A DNA stretch of 64,000 nucleotides, taken from Octopus vulgaris (taxonomy: Eukaryota). Each line of letters opens with the position of its first letter. Position 1 is the first letter of the stretch. Both the position numbers and the translations under genes were made by a program. The notes under the pieces were generated by a model. The model was not told the origin of the DNA and made no database searches. It worked only from the letters and a program-made list of their open reading frames with translations. Location of the stretch: assembly GCA_951406725.2 (NCBI GenBank), contig OX597815.1, positions 160,332,001 to 160,396,000 of the forward strand, in the 5' to 3' direction. Shown here piece after piece: positions 13,900 to 25,822 of the stretch.

Positions 13900-14095
13900 G
13901 GTCTCAAATTTTGGCACAAGGCCAGCAATTTTGGCTGAGCGGGTACAACCCCAGTGATTAACTGGTATGTATTTTATTGACTCTGAAAGGATGAAAGTCA
14001 AAATCCTCCTCAGTAATATTTGAACTCAGAGCACAAAGATGGATGAAATATTCCCAAAGCAGTTTGCCCGAATGATTCTGCCAGCTTGCTGCCTT
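13900..14095 (-). mobile_element. SINE family C, older copy
   Basis: ctgaaaggatgaaagtcaaa...tttgaactcaga...gattctgccagcttgctgcc. Confidence 0.75.
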
Positions 14096-14904
14096 CCTGT
14101 AGACAGATATATTGCATGGCTGAAACAAGCACATTGAACATTTCTGTAGTAGATTGACAGATATCAGATACTTTTAAGCTTTGATAATCTACCTTGGGTA
14201 CACCATAGGTATTTATTGTACTTTATTGATCATTAGCAACTACTACAATATTTATTATGGTTTATTGAAAAGTTTTCTAAGTGGCTTTGAATGTTCTTGG
14301 AATAGCAAGAATGAGACAGATTTCCACTATATATCTCTTATTAATCTAAATTGACACGCCTATGTAAGAGAACTTGATTTATATTCACTTTTCTAGAATA
14401 GAAAACTAAGACATCAATACTAAATCTCAATCTTAGAATTCTATATTGTCCATTATTATTTACTGATTCAATCTAGTTTGTGTTTTACCATTCAGTTACA
14501 TTTTGCGTCTTCATTGAGAATTTTCTTTGCATGGCACAGTTTTTTCTCCATGAAGACAATAGTAAAGAGCCATATTGAATATTGATTTCTAACAAAGGTA
14601 GGTGACCACAAATTTTAGGATAGGTAAAGAGTTACTAAAATCTTTTACCAGTACCTGATTGGTACTTATTTTATCAGAATCTGAAGAATCCAATACAAAG
14701 TTGATCTTAGAATATAAAATGGAACTAATTACTGCATGGCATTTTGGCTGTTGTTTTATCAGTTCTGTTTAACTCCATCTTGAGCCAGAGTGTTAGAAGT
14801 TTATAATCATTTTTTTAAAGATTAATACAAACTATAAGGTGATACTGCCTACATTACATGCAAACAATATCGAGACAGTAGGAAGAATCAGCACATGCAC
14901 ACAT

Positions 14905-14948
<44 letters not shown>

Positions 14949-15556
14949 GAAATATATTAATACAATTATATAATTTTTCTATAAGGAGTTATGTAATCCT
15001 AGCAGTTAATTTGTTGAAACACGTATAAAGCATGAAATACCATGTATATTTTCTGAAAGTTACTAATAATATATACATACACGTGAACACACACACACGC
15101 ATGTACCCTGCCCCCCCCATGCACATATGATGGGCTTCCTATGGATTCGGTGTATGAATTCTCACAAGATATTGATCAGTGTAAGGCTATAGCAGAAGAT
15201 ATGTATTAAAGGTGCCATATAGGGGCAACAAATCTGAAATCAGTGATTGCAAAGTGCAATTCTTAACCACATGGCCAGGAGTTTGTATGGAAATAGAAAA
15301 TAATTAGAGTTATACAGTTAATAAACAATAAAATGCCTAAAACAAGGGAGTTGAGTAAGTGTAAGCAAGATCATGTCTTCCACATTAAAGAATATATATC
15401 TAGCAAAAACAGTTTGAATATTGATAAAAAATTTTCAACATAAAAAATAATCCCTTGATGCAATTCACAAATACCCTGCTAGAATCTTAAAGTTTTTGTT
15501 TGGAAGAGAATTAGGGGGAATTTTTCCCAAGTTTACGAATTATAGTTTAGAGCAGT

Positions 15557-15930
15557 GGATTTCAACTGGGACTCCATAAGGACCTTGGAGTTCTATACAA
15601 GATTTTGTTATTAAAATTTATGTGCAATGAACTGGTTATATTTCCACAATACATAAAATATTTTGGCAATTTTTTATACAATTCCGAATAATATTTAATT
15701 ATGAAAATATAATATAATTATGATATAATATAATATGATATAATATAATATAATATAATATAATATAATTATAAATATAATATAAATATAATATAATTAT
15801 AATATAATATAATATAATTATAAAAATATAATAGGAGTTTTTAGACAGCAAATGGCTATGAGGGTCCTCCTGCCCTGAGTAAAATAGGAATCAAAGGGGT
15901 CCACTGGCAAAAAATGGTTGAGAGCCTCCA
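15557..15930. mobile_element. hAT/Charlie-type MITE containing an (ATATA)n run
   Basis: cagtggatttcaactggg ... ggggtccactggcaaaaaatggttgagagcc ends; pentamer run at 15705-15830. Confidence 0.5.
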
Positions 15931-16343
15931 GAGGGTAACACTTCTGAGAAGGGAGGAGGGAAAGGATGTTTCCTATTTTGTTTGAGAAGAGATATTTGTC
16001 CTTGTTTGTCCTCTCTGTGTTTAGCCCCTTGTGGGTAGTAAAGAAATAGGTATTACACATTTTATGTCCTAAATTTTCAGAACAACAGCCTTAACTACAA
16101 TAAAGATAGCATAGCCTATTGATGAAATGTTAATTAAATGTTGCATTTCAAATGAAACCAACATACCAGACAATGGCATGGGTCTATTTATGATACTGAA
16201 TCAATTGATTTCTGTTTTTTTTTTTTCAAAGTATTTCATCAACCACTTTTAATCAACAGAGCTACTCTTGAAAATCTTACTGAAGTCACACAATAACCAA
16301 CAACAGAATGTACCAAAAGGAAGAACATATATATACATATATA

Positions 16344-16403
<60 letters not shown>

Positions 16404-16829
16404 AAAATATAAATGATGAATTATTGGAGTTGAATCATATTTCTCAATATCATTTGTAATTTCTTCCCGCCAGTAGGAAATATTTTAAAAAGAGTTGAAA
16501 GTAAATATGGCAAACAAAAATAGATTTATGCAAATTTATTCCATAAAAGAAGCCTGTTTTGTTGTTGTTGTTGTTGTTGTGGTCACAGAGTCAACTCTCA
16601 TTAAACAAGTATGTGATCAGAGGCATTCCAGTCATGATTATAGCAACTTTGTTAGTGTGTGTGTATGTATGTACTTATACATGTATATATATACATATAT
16701 GTATATGTATACATAGCTCTATATATATATATACAGAGGGAGAGAGAGAGAGTGAGAGTTTGTCACACACATATACACACATATAGACAGATAGATACAT
16801 ATATAATAAAAGAATACAGTAATATTGAG

Positions 16830-17870
16830 ATGAAGCATAGCATCCCTAGGGCTAGTGACAGCTACATCATATCACACTTCAAAGACTATACATTTGCAAT
16901 CCAAGAACAGGAAATTGCTACAAAACATTAATAAACAAAAGAGACTGATGCCTGTGGAACTCCAAGATGCAACCAAAATTGTAGATTATGTCATAGTTCT
17001 GTGGAAGACATCACACATGCAATTTACAACTGTCCAAAAATGACATCAAGATGCCGCCTCCATATGTGATGCAATGTCTCACCTTGAACAATATTCAATG
17101 AATAATATACAATATCTGCATCAAGTAAACAATATGCATAAAGCAGTACCTTGAACAATATACAATACCATTCAGATAAAAGATTATCCTGGAATAAATG
17201 TTGAGAATCCACCTGTATTTGTATAAATATACACAAGCATCAACACAAGGAATACTGGTGGAATATTCCCATCAAAAACATGTCAAATATAAACATAATA
17301 GGATAGATGTTTCGTTTTTAGATTTGGTTTGCAAGATTCTTTATATGAGTTCATATGTTGAAGCATATTCCGTTGTGTCTGGGGAGAGTCTTTTTCTTTT
17401 CGTACCTTATTATGTAACACACAAAAAACTATTGAAAAGGTTGCAAGACACAACAAAAATTTTAGGAAAATAAAAATAAGAAAAAGTGGAAATTTTACCG
17501 GTGAGTGTGGTACATTATAAGGCACAAAAAAGAAAATGACTATCCCCAGACACAACAGGATAGATGTTGTTGTATGGGTTAGACAAGAAAAACTACATAC
17601 TGTCATGGAGGTCAGCCACCTTGCTAATGTGAATATCTCTTTGAAAATCAAAGAGAATGAACATAACTATGGACAACTGCTTTGAAATCTCTAGCTTCTA
17701 GATTCAGATTTTATACCAATATTTTTTATTGCTGTTGGTTTTGTGAGTAAATGTCTAAGTGGCAATACGGATAAGCTTAGGTTTTCAGAAAAAGAAATCA
17801 ACCAACTGCGAATTACAAATACTATCTGTAAGTAGAACAGTCAAAATATGCAAGATTTTCTCAAGTTTGA
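16830..17870 (+). mobile_element. R4/Dong-like (RLE-endonuclease) non-LTR retrotransposon, decayed 3' part
   Basis: FAIQEQEIATKH; zinc knuckle CRLCHSSVEDITHAIYNCPKM; HNRIDVVVW..VMEVSHLANVNISLKIKENEHNYGQL (PD-(D/E)xK-type region); terminal SRTVKICK..LKF. Confidence 0.8.
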
Positions 17871-18489
17871 TATTTACATTGCTTTTGTTACATACAACCC
17901 AATGATGGAGCATTGTATCATTAGCATAAAACTCTGAAATAATCAAGGAAACATAAGTTAATTTTGGACGTTGGTCTTACTCATAATTGGTTACATATGT
18001 ACAGTACAGTATAAAAGTGGTAATTGATGCTTAAGGAGGGTCAACCAGATATCAAAACTAATGTGTATTGTGAAATATATATACCATAACCTACCATGTG
18101 CATGAGTTTCATTAACATTAAGATAGCAGAACTCCAAAATATTGGGGTGGCCTAATACTTTTGGCCAAGGCTGCATACATATAGTTGCCACATACATATA
18201 GTGGCAACGCTCTCAGCATCCACCCCCACTACAGACTTGGTCACCTAAGTAGTGGAAGCTATTGTGGATGGAATCTGAATAACTTCAGTGTTTATTACCC
18301 GTGTGCATCTGCTGCACACAAAAACTATCATCCCAGTTAACCTTCCTTTGATGTTGCTGCACCTCTTATGTGTACATAGCTTACACTGGGTACATCTTAT
18401 GGAGTTTCTGTCATGTTATGCTCTATGTTACAAATCTGTAGCTCCTCCTTCCTCTCATCAAATTTCTCAATTAGGATGTCCTTAAATCT

Positions 18490-19250
18490 CTGACAATGTG
18501 AAGAGTTCTTTAGCCTCCAAATCCTTCTTTTCTGGATTGGTCTTCTTCTTGGTATCCTTCTGGTCTCAAGTCAAAAGTCACTAATGACTATTTTATGCTG
18601 GTGGGTACATTCTTCACCAAGGAGGGTTTTTGTATTTAAGAGCAACCATGCATCCCACTGTCTGGTGAGGATGGAATCAATATGGCTAGCTGAGTTGCCA
18701 GATTGATAGGTTATCAGGTGGCTGTCTGGCTTCTTGAAATTGGTGTTGCAGATTAATAGGCTGCTTGCATCACCAAACTCCAGTAGCTTAGTTCCCTCTT
18801 CATTTTGAGAACCAATTCTATGGCTCCCGTGAACACCATGGAAGATACCAGATTGCTGTCCAACATGCCCATTAAAATCTCCAGCCACAAAGATGAGGTC
18901 ATTGCCATTCGGTTAGCCTGACTTTAAGCACTCTATTGTACACCCTGACTACCTTTATATTATCCACCCATTTCTCCGCAAGAAGTATGCCTACACCCTC
19001 TACTCCATCACTGTTACCTTCCCAGAAGATTTAATACCTATGTGCCTTGCCTGTGAGGACCCTGGCTGAAGCTCCTCTCCGCATCACCTCTTGTATACAG
19101 CATACATCAGCACATCTCCATTCAAGCATCTCTACAATCTCACTACACTTACCTCTCAATGTACCTACATTGACAGTGCCAACTCTAAAAACTTGGAAAG
19201 GAATGTGAGAGGAGGCATGGAAAGGGTAGATGTTATTCAGCACCTGAAAA
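18490..19250 (-). mobile_element. RTE-clade LINE, APE endonuclease fragment
   Basis: RVGTVNVGTLRG..DVCCIQEV; AGDFNGHVG; NEEGTKLLEF; ITYQSG..HIDSIL. Confidence 0.9.
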
Positions 19251-20159
19251 GAAGGTTTCCGTGTTCATTTGATAGACATGCTACACCTGTTCTCACTTTT
19301 GACCTACCATCATTCAAACATTCAAGCACGGCTGCAGATAAAAGTATGAATAAATAAAAGTAAATATTAATATCAATATGCCAATGTTAGATTAAGTAGG
19401 TGGGCTGCTAAACTAGTTGTGTTAGTCCCAGGAGAGAGAGGGAGAGGAGGGAGGTGAAATTTCAGGTCTGATAGAGGATACCACCTGTGAGGGAGTGGGT
19501 TTCCAGTGAGAGAAGAGAGATACCTGGTATTGGTAGTGGGGTGGGAATGGGAGGGCATACCGTGAACAAGCAAGGGCTACTGGGTTATTTAAGAGATAGT
19601 ACGAAAAAATATGTAGTCAACATGGAAACAAAGGAGGGAAAGAGAACTAAGGGTATTAGAGAGATTTCATTTGGAAATTACTTAAAGAATTAAGGAGAAA
19701 ACTAAGGCTGAGAGAGAGAGAAAGAGAGATTAGGAAGTTATATATCAAAAAGTCAATTTAGATAATTAGTTTACAAAAGTACATAGTAATAATGCATATT
19801 AGTAATGAATGAATGAAAGGACTGAAAAAATGAGAGAATATTTTAGCTTAGTAGTGCATAACTGGGTGCCAATAGATACCAACACTGGAATGGGTTGCAT
19901 GAAAGTCTGAGAGGAGAACAAGTGTGAAAGGCATTTTATATATATGCTACAATGGGAAGTGGATATTACGAATGGGCATTTTCGCCCAGAGCAGTAGAGA
20001 ATAGCAAGAAGCCATAGTGAAAGGAAGGATTAAGAGATAGTAAAAAACATATTTAGGCAACATCAAACATGGAGAGAAAAAAAAATGAGGCAAAGGTTAT
20101 TTAAGAGTTAGTATGAAAAAATATGTAATACACATGCATATATATATATATATATATAT

Positions 20160-20330
20160 GTTATATAAAATCTGTTCTGTGTGTATGTGTGTGTCTTCTA
20201 GGATCTCGGGCATCCTCCATCTGATTGTGCTCAAATTTGATATGTAGATATTAATGGTATCAGGGCGTGTATAAGTCTTGAAAAAATTACAAAAATCGAT
20301 TCCAGATAAGAATGCGATTGATAAAGCTTA
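20160..20330 (+). mobile_element. Possible non-autonomous Helitron-like 5' fragment
   Basis: tatataaaatctg-(tgtg)n-...gctcaaatttgatatgtagat layout; resemblance only. Confidence 0.3.
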
Positions 20331-20595
20331 GCATTACACAGATCTCATCAGACCGTAATGGCCGGTGGGTAACCTTATGGACTCGAAATCCTGGGCAACC
20401 CCATGAACTAGCCATAACTAACATTCTTTAGATACTCTACTGTTCTATAGCTCAGAGTATGCATTCAGTTAAAGAGGGATTTCTTTTTTCTTTGTGTTGC
20501 AAGTTACATGGCAACCTTACTAGTGCTTGTAGCATAAAAGAAAGCACCCAATACACTTTGTAAAGTGGGTGGTGCTAAGAATTACATCAATTCTT

Positions 20596-21205
20596 AGGTG
20601 GCGAGCTGGTAGAAATGTTAGCACGCCAGGTGAAATGCTTAGCGGTATTTCATCTGCCGTTACGTTCTGAGTTCAAATTCCGCCGAGGTCAACTTTACCT
20701 TTCATCTTTTCGGGGGCGATAAATCAAGTACTAGTTATGCACTGGGGTCGATGTAATCGACTTAATCCCTTTGTCCTTGTTTGTCCCTTCTATGTTTAGC
20801 CCCTTGTGGGCAATAAAGAAATAAGAATTACATCAATTCATAGAAACTGAGGTGCAGTCATTCAGCTTGCTGGATCCTGCTGAACTGTTTAACCCATGCC
20901 AGCAAGAAGATGGACAATAAATGATGATAATGACGTTATATAATATAAGCCTGTAGTAATTTTAAAAATTTATTTATAGTTTACAATAATTAAGGTAGCA
21001 AGCTGGCAGAATCATTATTGTGCCAGGCAGAATACTTGATGGCATTTCTTTTGTCCTTAAGTTCCAAGTTCAAATTCTACTGCGGTCGACTTTGCCTATC
21101 ATTCTTTCGGTGTAAATGACATAGGTACCAGTTAAGCCCTGGAGTCAAAGTAATTGACTTATCACCTTCCCTGAAAACTGCTGGCCTTATGGCAAAATTT
21201 GAAAC
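20596..21205 (+). mobile_element. Two SINE family C copies (20596-20822, 20993-21205); the first splits an RTE-type tail
   Basis: Homology to family C; 'aagaattacatcaattc' occurs on both sides of the first copy (probable TSD). Confidence 0.85.
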
Positions 21206-21239
21206 TGATATTCTACATTAATTTAATATTAAAGGCAAT

Positions 21240-22570
21240 TGCTCCTTACTGAGGTTTGTATTGTCTGCTAGTTGATCAATGAATGTCTGAGCAGATCTGC
21301 ATCTACTGTGTCTCCTGCATGTTGGTGCCCACAATATGAACTTGTGTATAACTTCCTGCTTACTTCTCTAGCGATGTCTTGCAAATCATAACCATTTTTG
21401 AGCAATTATTGTTGTTATCTTGGGCAGATTTCTATATAAACTTTCATTTGTGATATGTTGATGTCAGTTTATGTTTTGTACAACCCTAAGCAGTTTAGTG
21501 TATTCACCATCTGGTTAAGTTACTTTTCAACTACTTGTTACAGGGTATGTATCTGATCCATACTGCAACACTGACTCAACAAATGTTCTAATGAATGATA
21601 TTTTGATTTCTTTCTAGGTAGATCTGACTGCCATATCTTTTACAGTTTGTTCACTGCAGTCTAAGCTTTGATAATTCTAATATCAATATCCATTTTTTAT
21701 GAACTTATCCAGCTGCCCAAATATAGAAAATCATCTACTCAATTTAGTATTCAACCATCCAGTGTGACAAGATTTCCATCTTGGTTAAGTGACATGTACT
21801 CTGTCTTGGTAACATTTATGTGTAGACCAGTTTTCTCAACAGAGTATTTGACTTTATGAAGACGTTTTTGAACTTGATTAATGATATTTAATAAAAGAGT
21901 TATGTCATTATTGAAATTTGTCTCACATATAACAATTGGAGATTTTTGCTGACTTCTTTGTGTCAATATAAAGCTGAGATCCTGCTAATTAACAATAGCT
22001 TCCCTTAAGATGTTGTCTAGAGTGATTATGAAAAGATATAGTGCTAATGTGTCACCTTGAAGGACACCTGCTAGAATTTTAAACCACTCAGTATCACCAT
22101 CAGAAGAGAGGATTTGAGGTTCCATCTTTATGTAGAGGACATTTATGGCAGAAATTGTGGTATCAGGTAGAAATACCATATTTAAGGAACAAGAAAGCTG
22201 CATTAAGTAGAAAATAGAACAACTGCATAAAACCCACTTGAATTGTAAAGCTAAGCTTGCATGGAGTGTTATCAGTGAAATAACTGGAAGAAAGAAAACC
22301 AACCAGGGTATGATAGAAGCTGAAAGCCCTGAGGAAAGTGTGGAGTTAGGGACAGAAAAATTTTGCTAAATAACTTGGTCAACCATCCTTGATAGTTGAG
22401 GGAAATATTGACAAGGTATTTGACCCACTGCCTATTGATGTTGGTAATTTTACAATGCAGGAGGTGAAAGATTCAATCAAATTGACACAAAGCAATACGG
22501 CTACAGGCTTGGATATATATCAGCAGAAGTATGGAAAGTATGCATGAACGATGAGCTGCTTGAATATTAA
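21240..22570 (-). mobile_element. RTE/RTE-X-like LINE with an inverted 5' segment
   Basis: Minus 22175->21240: FKILAGVLQGDTLALYLFIITLD, NDITLL, GLHINVTKTEYM, ESVLQYGS. Plus 22190->22570: KLAWSVISEITGRK, FTMQEVKDSIK, ISAEVWK. Confidence 0.8.
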
Positions 22571-22596
22571 TATAAGTTTTGTGATAATGCTCTCAG

Positions 22597-22831
22597 GTTA
22601 AGAACCATTACACAATTTGATCAACATTTTGAAGAAACAAAAAAGTTTTCATTGAAAGCCATTCCGGCTAGATGCCATTTCCTTGAAGATGATAGAATTC
22701 CTGTTATAGAGGAAGCATTAGAAATACTACAAAGTGGAAATCCATTAAGACATGTAATCGGTTCATCAGTTTCACTTGATGCAGCATTCTTTCCATCAAG
22801 TGTTGCAAAACTTTTGTATTATGTTAGCTAT
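22597..22831 (+). CDS. Possible isolated coding exon, product unknown
   Basis: Non-repetitive frame open 22571-22867 (LRTITQFDQHFEETKKFSLKAIPARCHFLEDDRIPVIEEALEILQSGNPLRHV...), A/T-ending codon bias, ctctcag acceptor; donor weak, no partner exons found. Confidence 0.3.
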
Positions 22832-23329
22832 GTAAAAATTCACATTCACAGACGTATAAATAAATAAATAAATAAAAAAAATCACAAAAATAAGATAATT
22901 GAAAAAATAGGTGAATCCATTGAAGTTGAATACTACAAATGCTCACAAACCATAGAGTGAATCTGTATGCAGTCACCCAACCTGCAAGTAATAATAGCAA
23001 AATCTCTTTCAGATCGCACCTTACTGGCTTACAAAGAAAAAAAGACAAAAAACAAAGAAAGAACAAACAGAAAGGACACATTGAATAGTATTATCCTACA
23101 TAACCCGGAAAAAAAAAATGAGATGATCACAACTGCAGCATCTTTGATCATAAACCTGCACAATTAAAGCTGAACTAGGGGGTTAAATGACTACAGTGAC
23201 GATGCTAACAACACCATCTATTATCTACTGCATGAATAACACATGGTGTAAGAATGGGACTTGATTTAACACACTGTAATGTAATACACACACACGCAAA
23301 CACACACACACACCTATGATATAATGTCT

Positions 23330-25020
23330 GAGGAGAAGCTTGGGGTGAAGTTGGGAAGTTAGAATGTGGGCAGTCTGCGTGGAAGGGGAACTGAGGTATG
23401 TGAGGAATTGAGGAAGAGGAGAGTGGATGTGTGCTATGTGCTGGAGGCTAGGTGGAGGGGGCCAAGGGGCAAGATTTGTGGGCATCAAGGGAAGAAGGTA
23501 CAATTTTTAGTGGTTGGCAAATAGCAAGTGGACTGGAGGTGTGAGAATTTTGGTGAAGGAAGAAATCTGTGAGAAGGTGGTGGAGGTCAGGAGAAAGAGT
23601 GGTGACAGTAGCATTAGTATTTGAAGAAGAAGTGGTGAGGGTGATTTGTGGGCATGGTCCACAAAATGGAAGAGGGATCACCGAGGAAGAGCGGTTCTTT
23701 GATGAAATGGCGGTTCTTTGATGAGTGCAACTTACATAAGGTCGGTGAATTGGTTTTGGACACAGGTGATTTTAATGGACATGTTGGGAAATGGATCCAG
23801 AGATTTGAGGCTGTACATGGGGGAAATGGAATTGGGGAGAGAAATGTGGAAGGAAGGATGCGGTTGGAGTTTTGTGATGAGAAAGAGTTGTGTGTGGTGA
23901 ACAGGTGGTTTAAGAAAACAGAGAAAAGGAAGGTGACTTTCAGTGCAGGAGGGAAAGAGACAGAGATTGATTTCATGTTGTTTGGCAGGAAAAACAGAAA
24001 GTATCTGAGAGTTGGGAAGACAGTACCAGGGGAGTTGCAGCACAGGTTGGTGGTTGCTGACTTGGATAAGAGGAAAGTAAAAAAAGTGTGTGAGAAATGG
24101 AACGGTTGAAAGGAGAAAGGTTTGGAAATTGAAGGAAGAAGAAACAAGAGTAAGGTTTGAGGAGTTAGTAAGCATTGATGCACCGGATTTGTGGAAGTCT
24201 TTTAAGGAAGGGGTACTAAAGGCATGTAATGAAATCTGTGGAAGGATGAAAGGTAGGAGAGGTCAAGGACGTAAGTAGTGGTGGAATGAGGAGGTAAGGA
24301 AGAAGGAAGCACACAAAGCTTTATGTAATAAGACTGAGCAAATGAAAGCCAAGTATAATAACAGGAAGAATCATGCAAAGTGGATGGTTGCAAGATCTAT
24401 GAGGAAGGAAGCTGAGGAGAGGTTGAGTGGGCTGGATGAGAACCCAGATAGTGTTTAGGCTTATTAAATCAATGATAAAAGATGGAAAAGATGCCGAGGG
24501 AGGAAGATGCATGAGGGGCAGTGATGGAAGGTTGAATTTTAGTGGGAAAGACAGGGGAAGAGTTGCTGTGGTGAAGGGGTTGGTGGAGAGGGTTAGTCGG
24601 GAAGAAGTAGTGAAGGGAATGGAAGAAATGTAAACAGGAAAGGCAGCTGGTCCATCAGAAGTAAGTGTGGACATGATAACTGCAAGTGGAGAGATAGGGA
24701 TTTTTGTGATGATGGAGCTCTGTCAGGGTGTGCTGGATGGAAGAGGAATGCCAGATGATTGGGCACTAAATAGTGGAAAAGGTGTTGGCGAGGAGAATTC
24801 AGAAAAAGGATGAATGTGGATGAGATGCAATTTGGTTTTATGCCAGGAAAGGGGACAATAGATGCAGTGTTCATTGTAAGGAGATTGCAAGAGAAATGTT
24901 GACATAAGGAGTGGTACATGTGCTTCGTTGATCTAGAGAAGGAATTTGATAGGGTTCCAAGGAAGGTCATTGAGTGGGCATTGAGGAAGAGCAGTGTACT
25001 AGGTGATAGTGAGGGCAGAG
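23330..25020 (+). mobile_element. RTE-clade LINE, endonuclease plus start of RT, decayed
   Basis: GDFNGHVG, RNVEGRMRLEFC, EIDFML, QHRLVVAD; later QFGFMPGKGTIDAVFIVRRLQEK and FVDLEKEFDRVP. Confidence 0.92.
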
Positions 25021-25117
25021 AATGAGACAGGCCCTGTGCCAGACATTTCCTCACTTCAAAAACGGTTCTAGGCACAGTCAGTGCTTGATTTTAACATCTT
25101 TGTTATGTATTGCATAT

Positions 25118-25149
<32 letters not shown>

Positions 25150-25319
25150 CATATGTGTGTGTGTCTTTGTGTCTGTGTTTGAACCAACATCACCACTCAA
25201 CAACAAACGTTGGTGTGTTTACATCCCTGTAATTTAGTGGTTCGGCAAAAGAGACCAATAGAATAAGTACCAGGCTTTGCAAAAAAAAAAAGCCAATTTT
25301 TAAAGAAAAGAAAAAGCTC

Positions 25320-25822
25320 AATAAATACTTGCCATTACATTTTTATTCAACCAAATATGAACCATTTTGTTGCACAATGCGTCTCCATCTTTCCTTTAAC
25401 TTGAAAATACCCTCTTCCCAGAGTTGATGGTTTCATGGCAAAGAATTCATCAACAATCTTTTTACATCATCCAAGGAATTGAAATTTTTACCATTAAGAA
25501 ACCTGAATTAGTGGAAATCCGAAGGAGCAGCATCTGGTGAATATGGAGGGTGGGGTAACACATCCCAGCCAAGCCGCAGCAATTTTTGTCTGGTTCCCAA
25601 AGCATCAAGTGCCGAAAATGAACTTTCTTATCTTCCATTTTAAAGGGTTACAGAATTAACACAGGTTATAGGAACATAAACCTACTTCCACGAAAATATA
25701 GCTTAAACTATGCTCTAAATGGAGGTGTAGTCAAATCCTATTTTATGGACTTAACCATGTTCTAAAATAAGTTGAAATGTAAGCTACTATAAATTGGCAA
25801 GAACTTTCCAGACAACCCAATA
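25320..25822 (-). mobile_element. mariner transposon, internally deleted, inside a SINE B tail
   Basis: LGWDVLPHPPYSPDAAPSDFH, GKNFNSLDDVK, GIFKLKERWRRIVQQNGSY; end gacaacccaa|TA. Confidence 0.88.

Noticed and set aside
14975-15030. gaaacacgta resembling a hammerhead 3' half
   Set aside because: No recognisable CUGANGA core or stem II.
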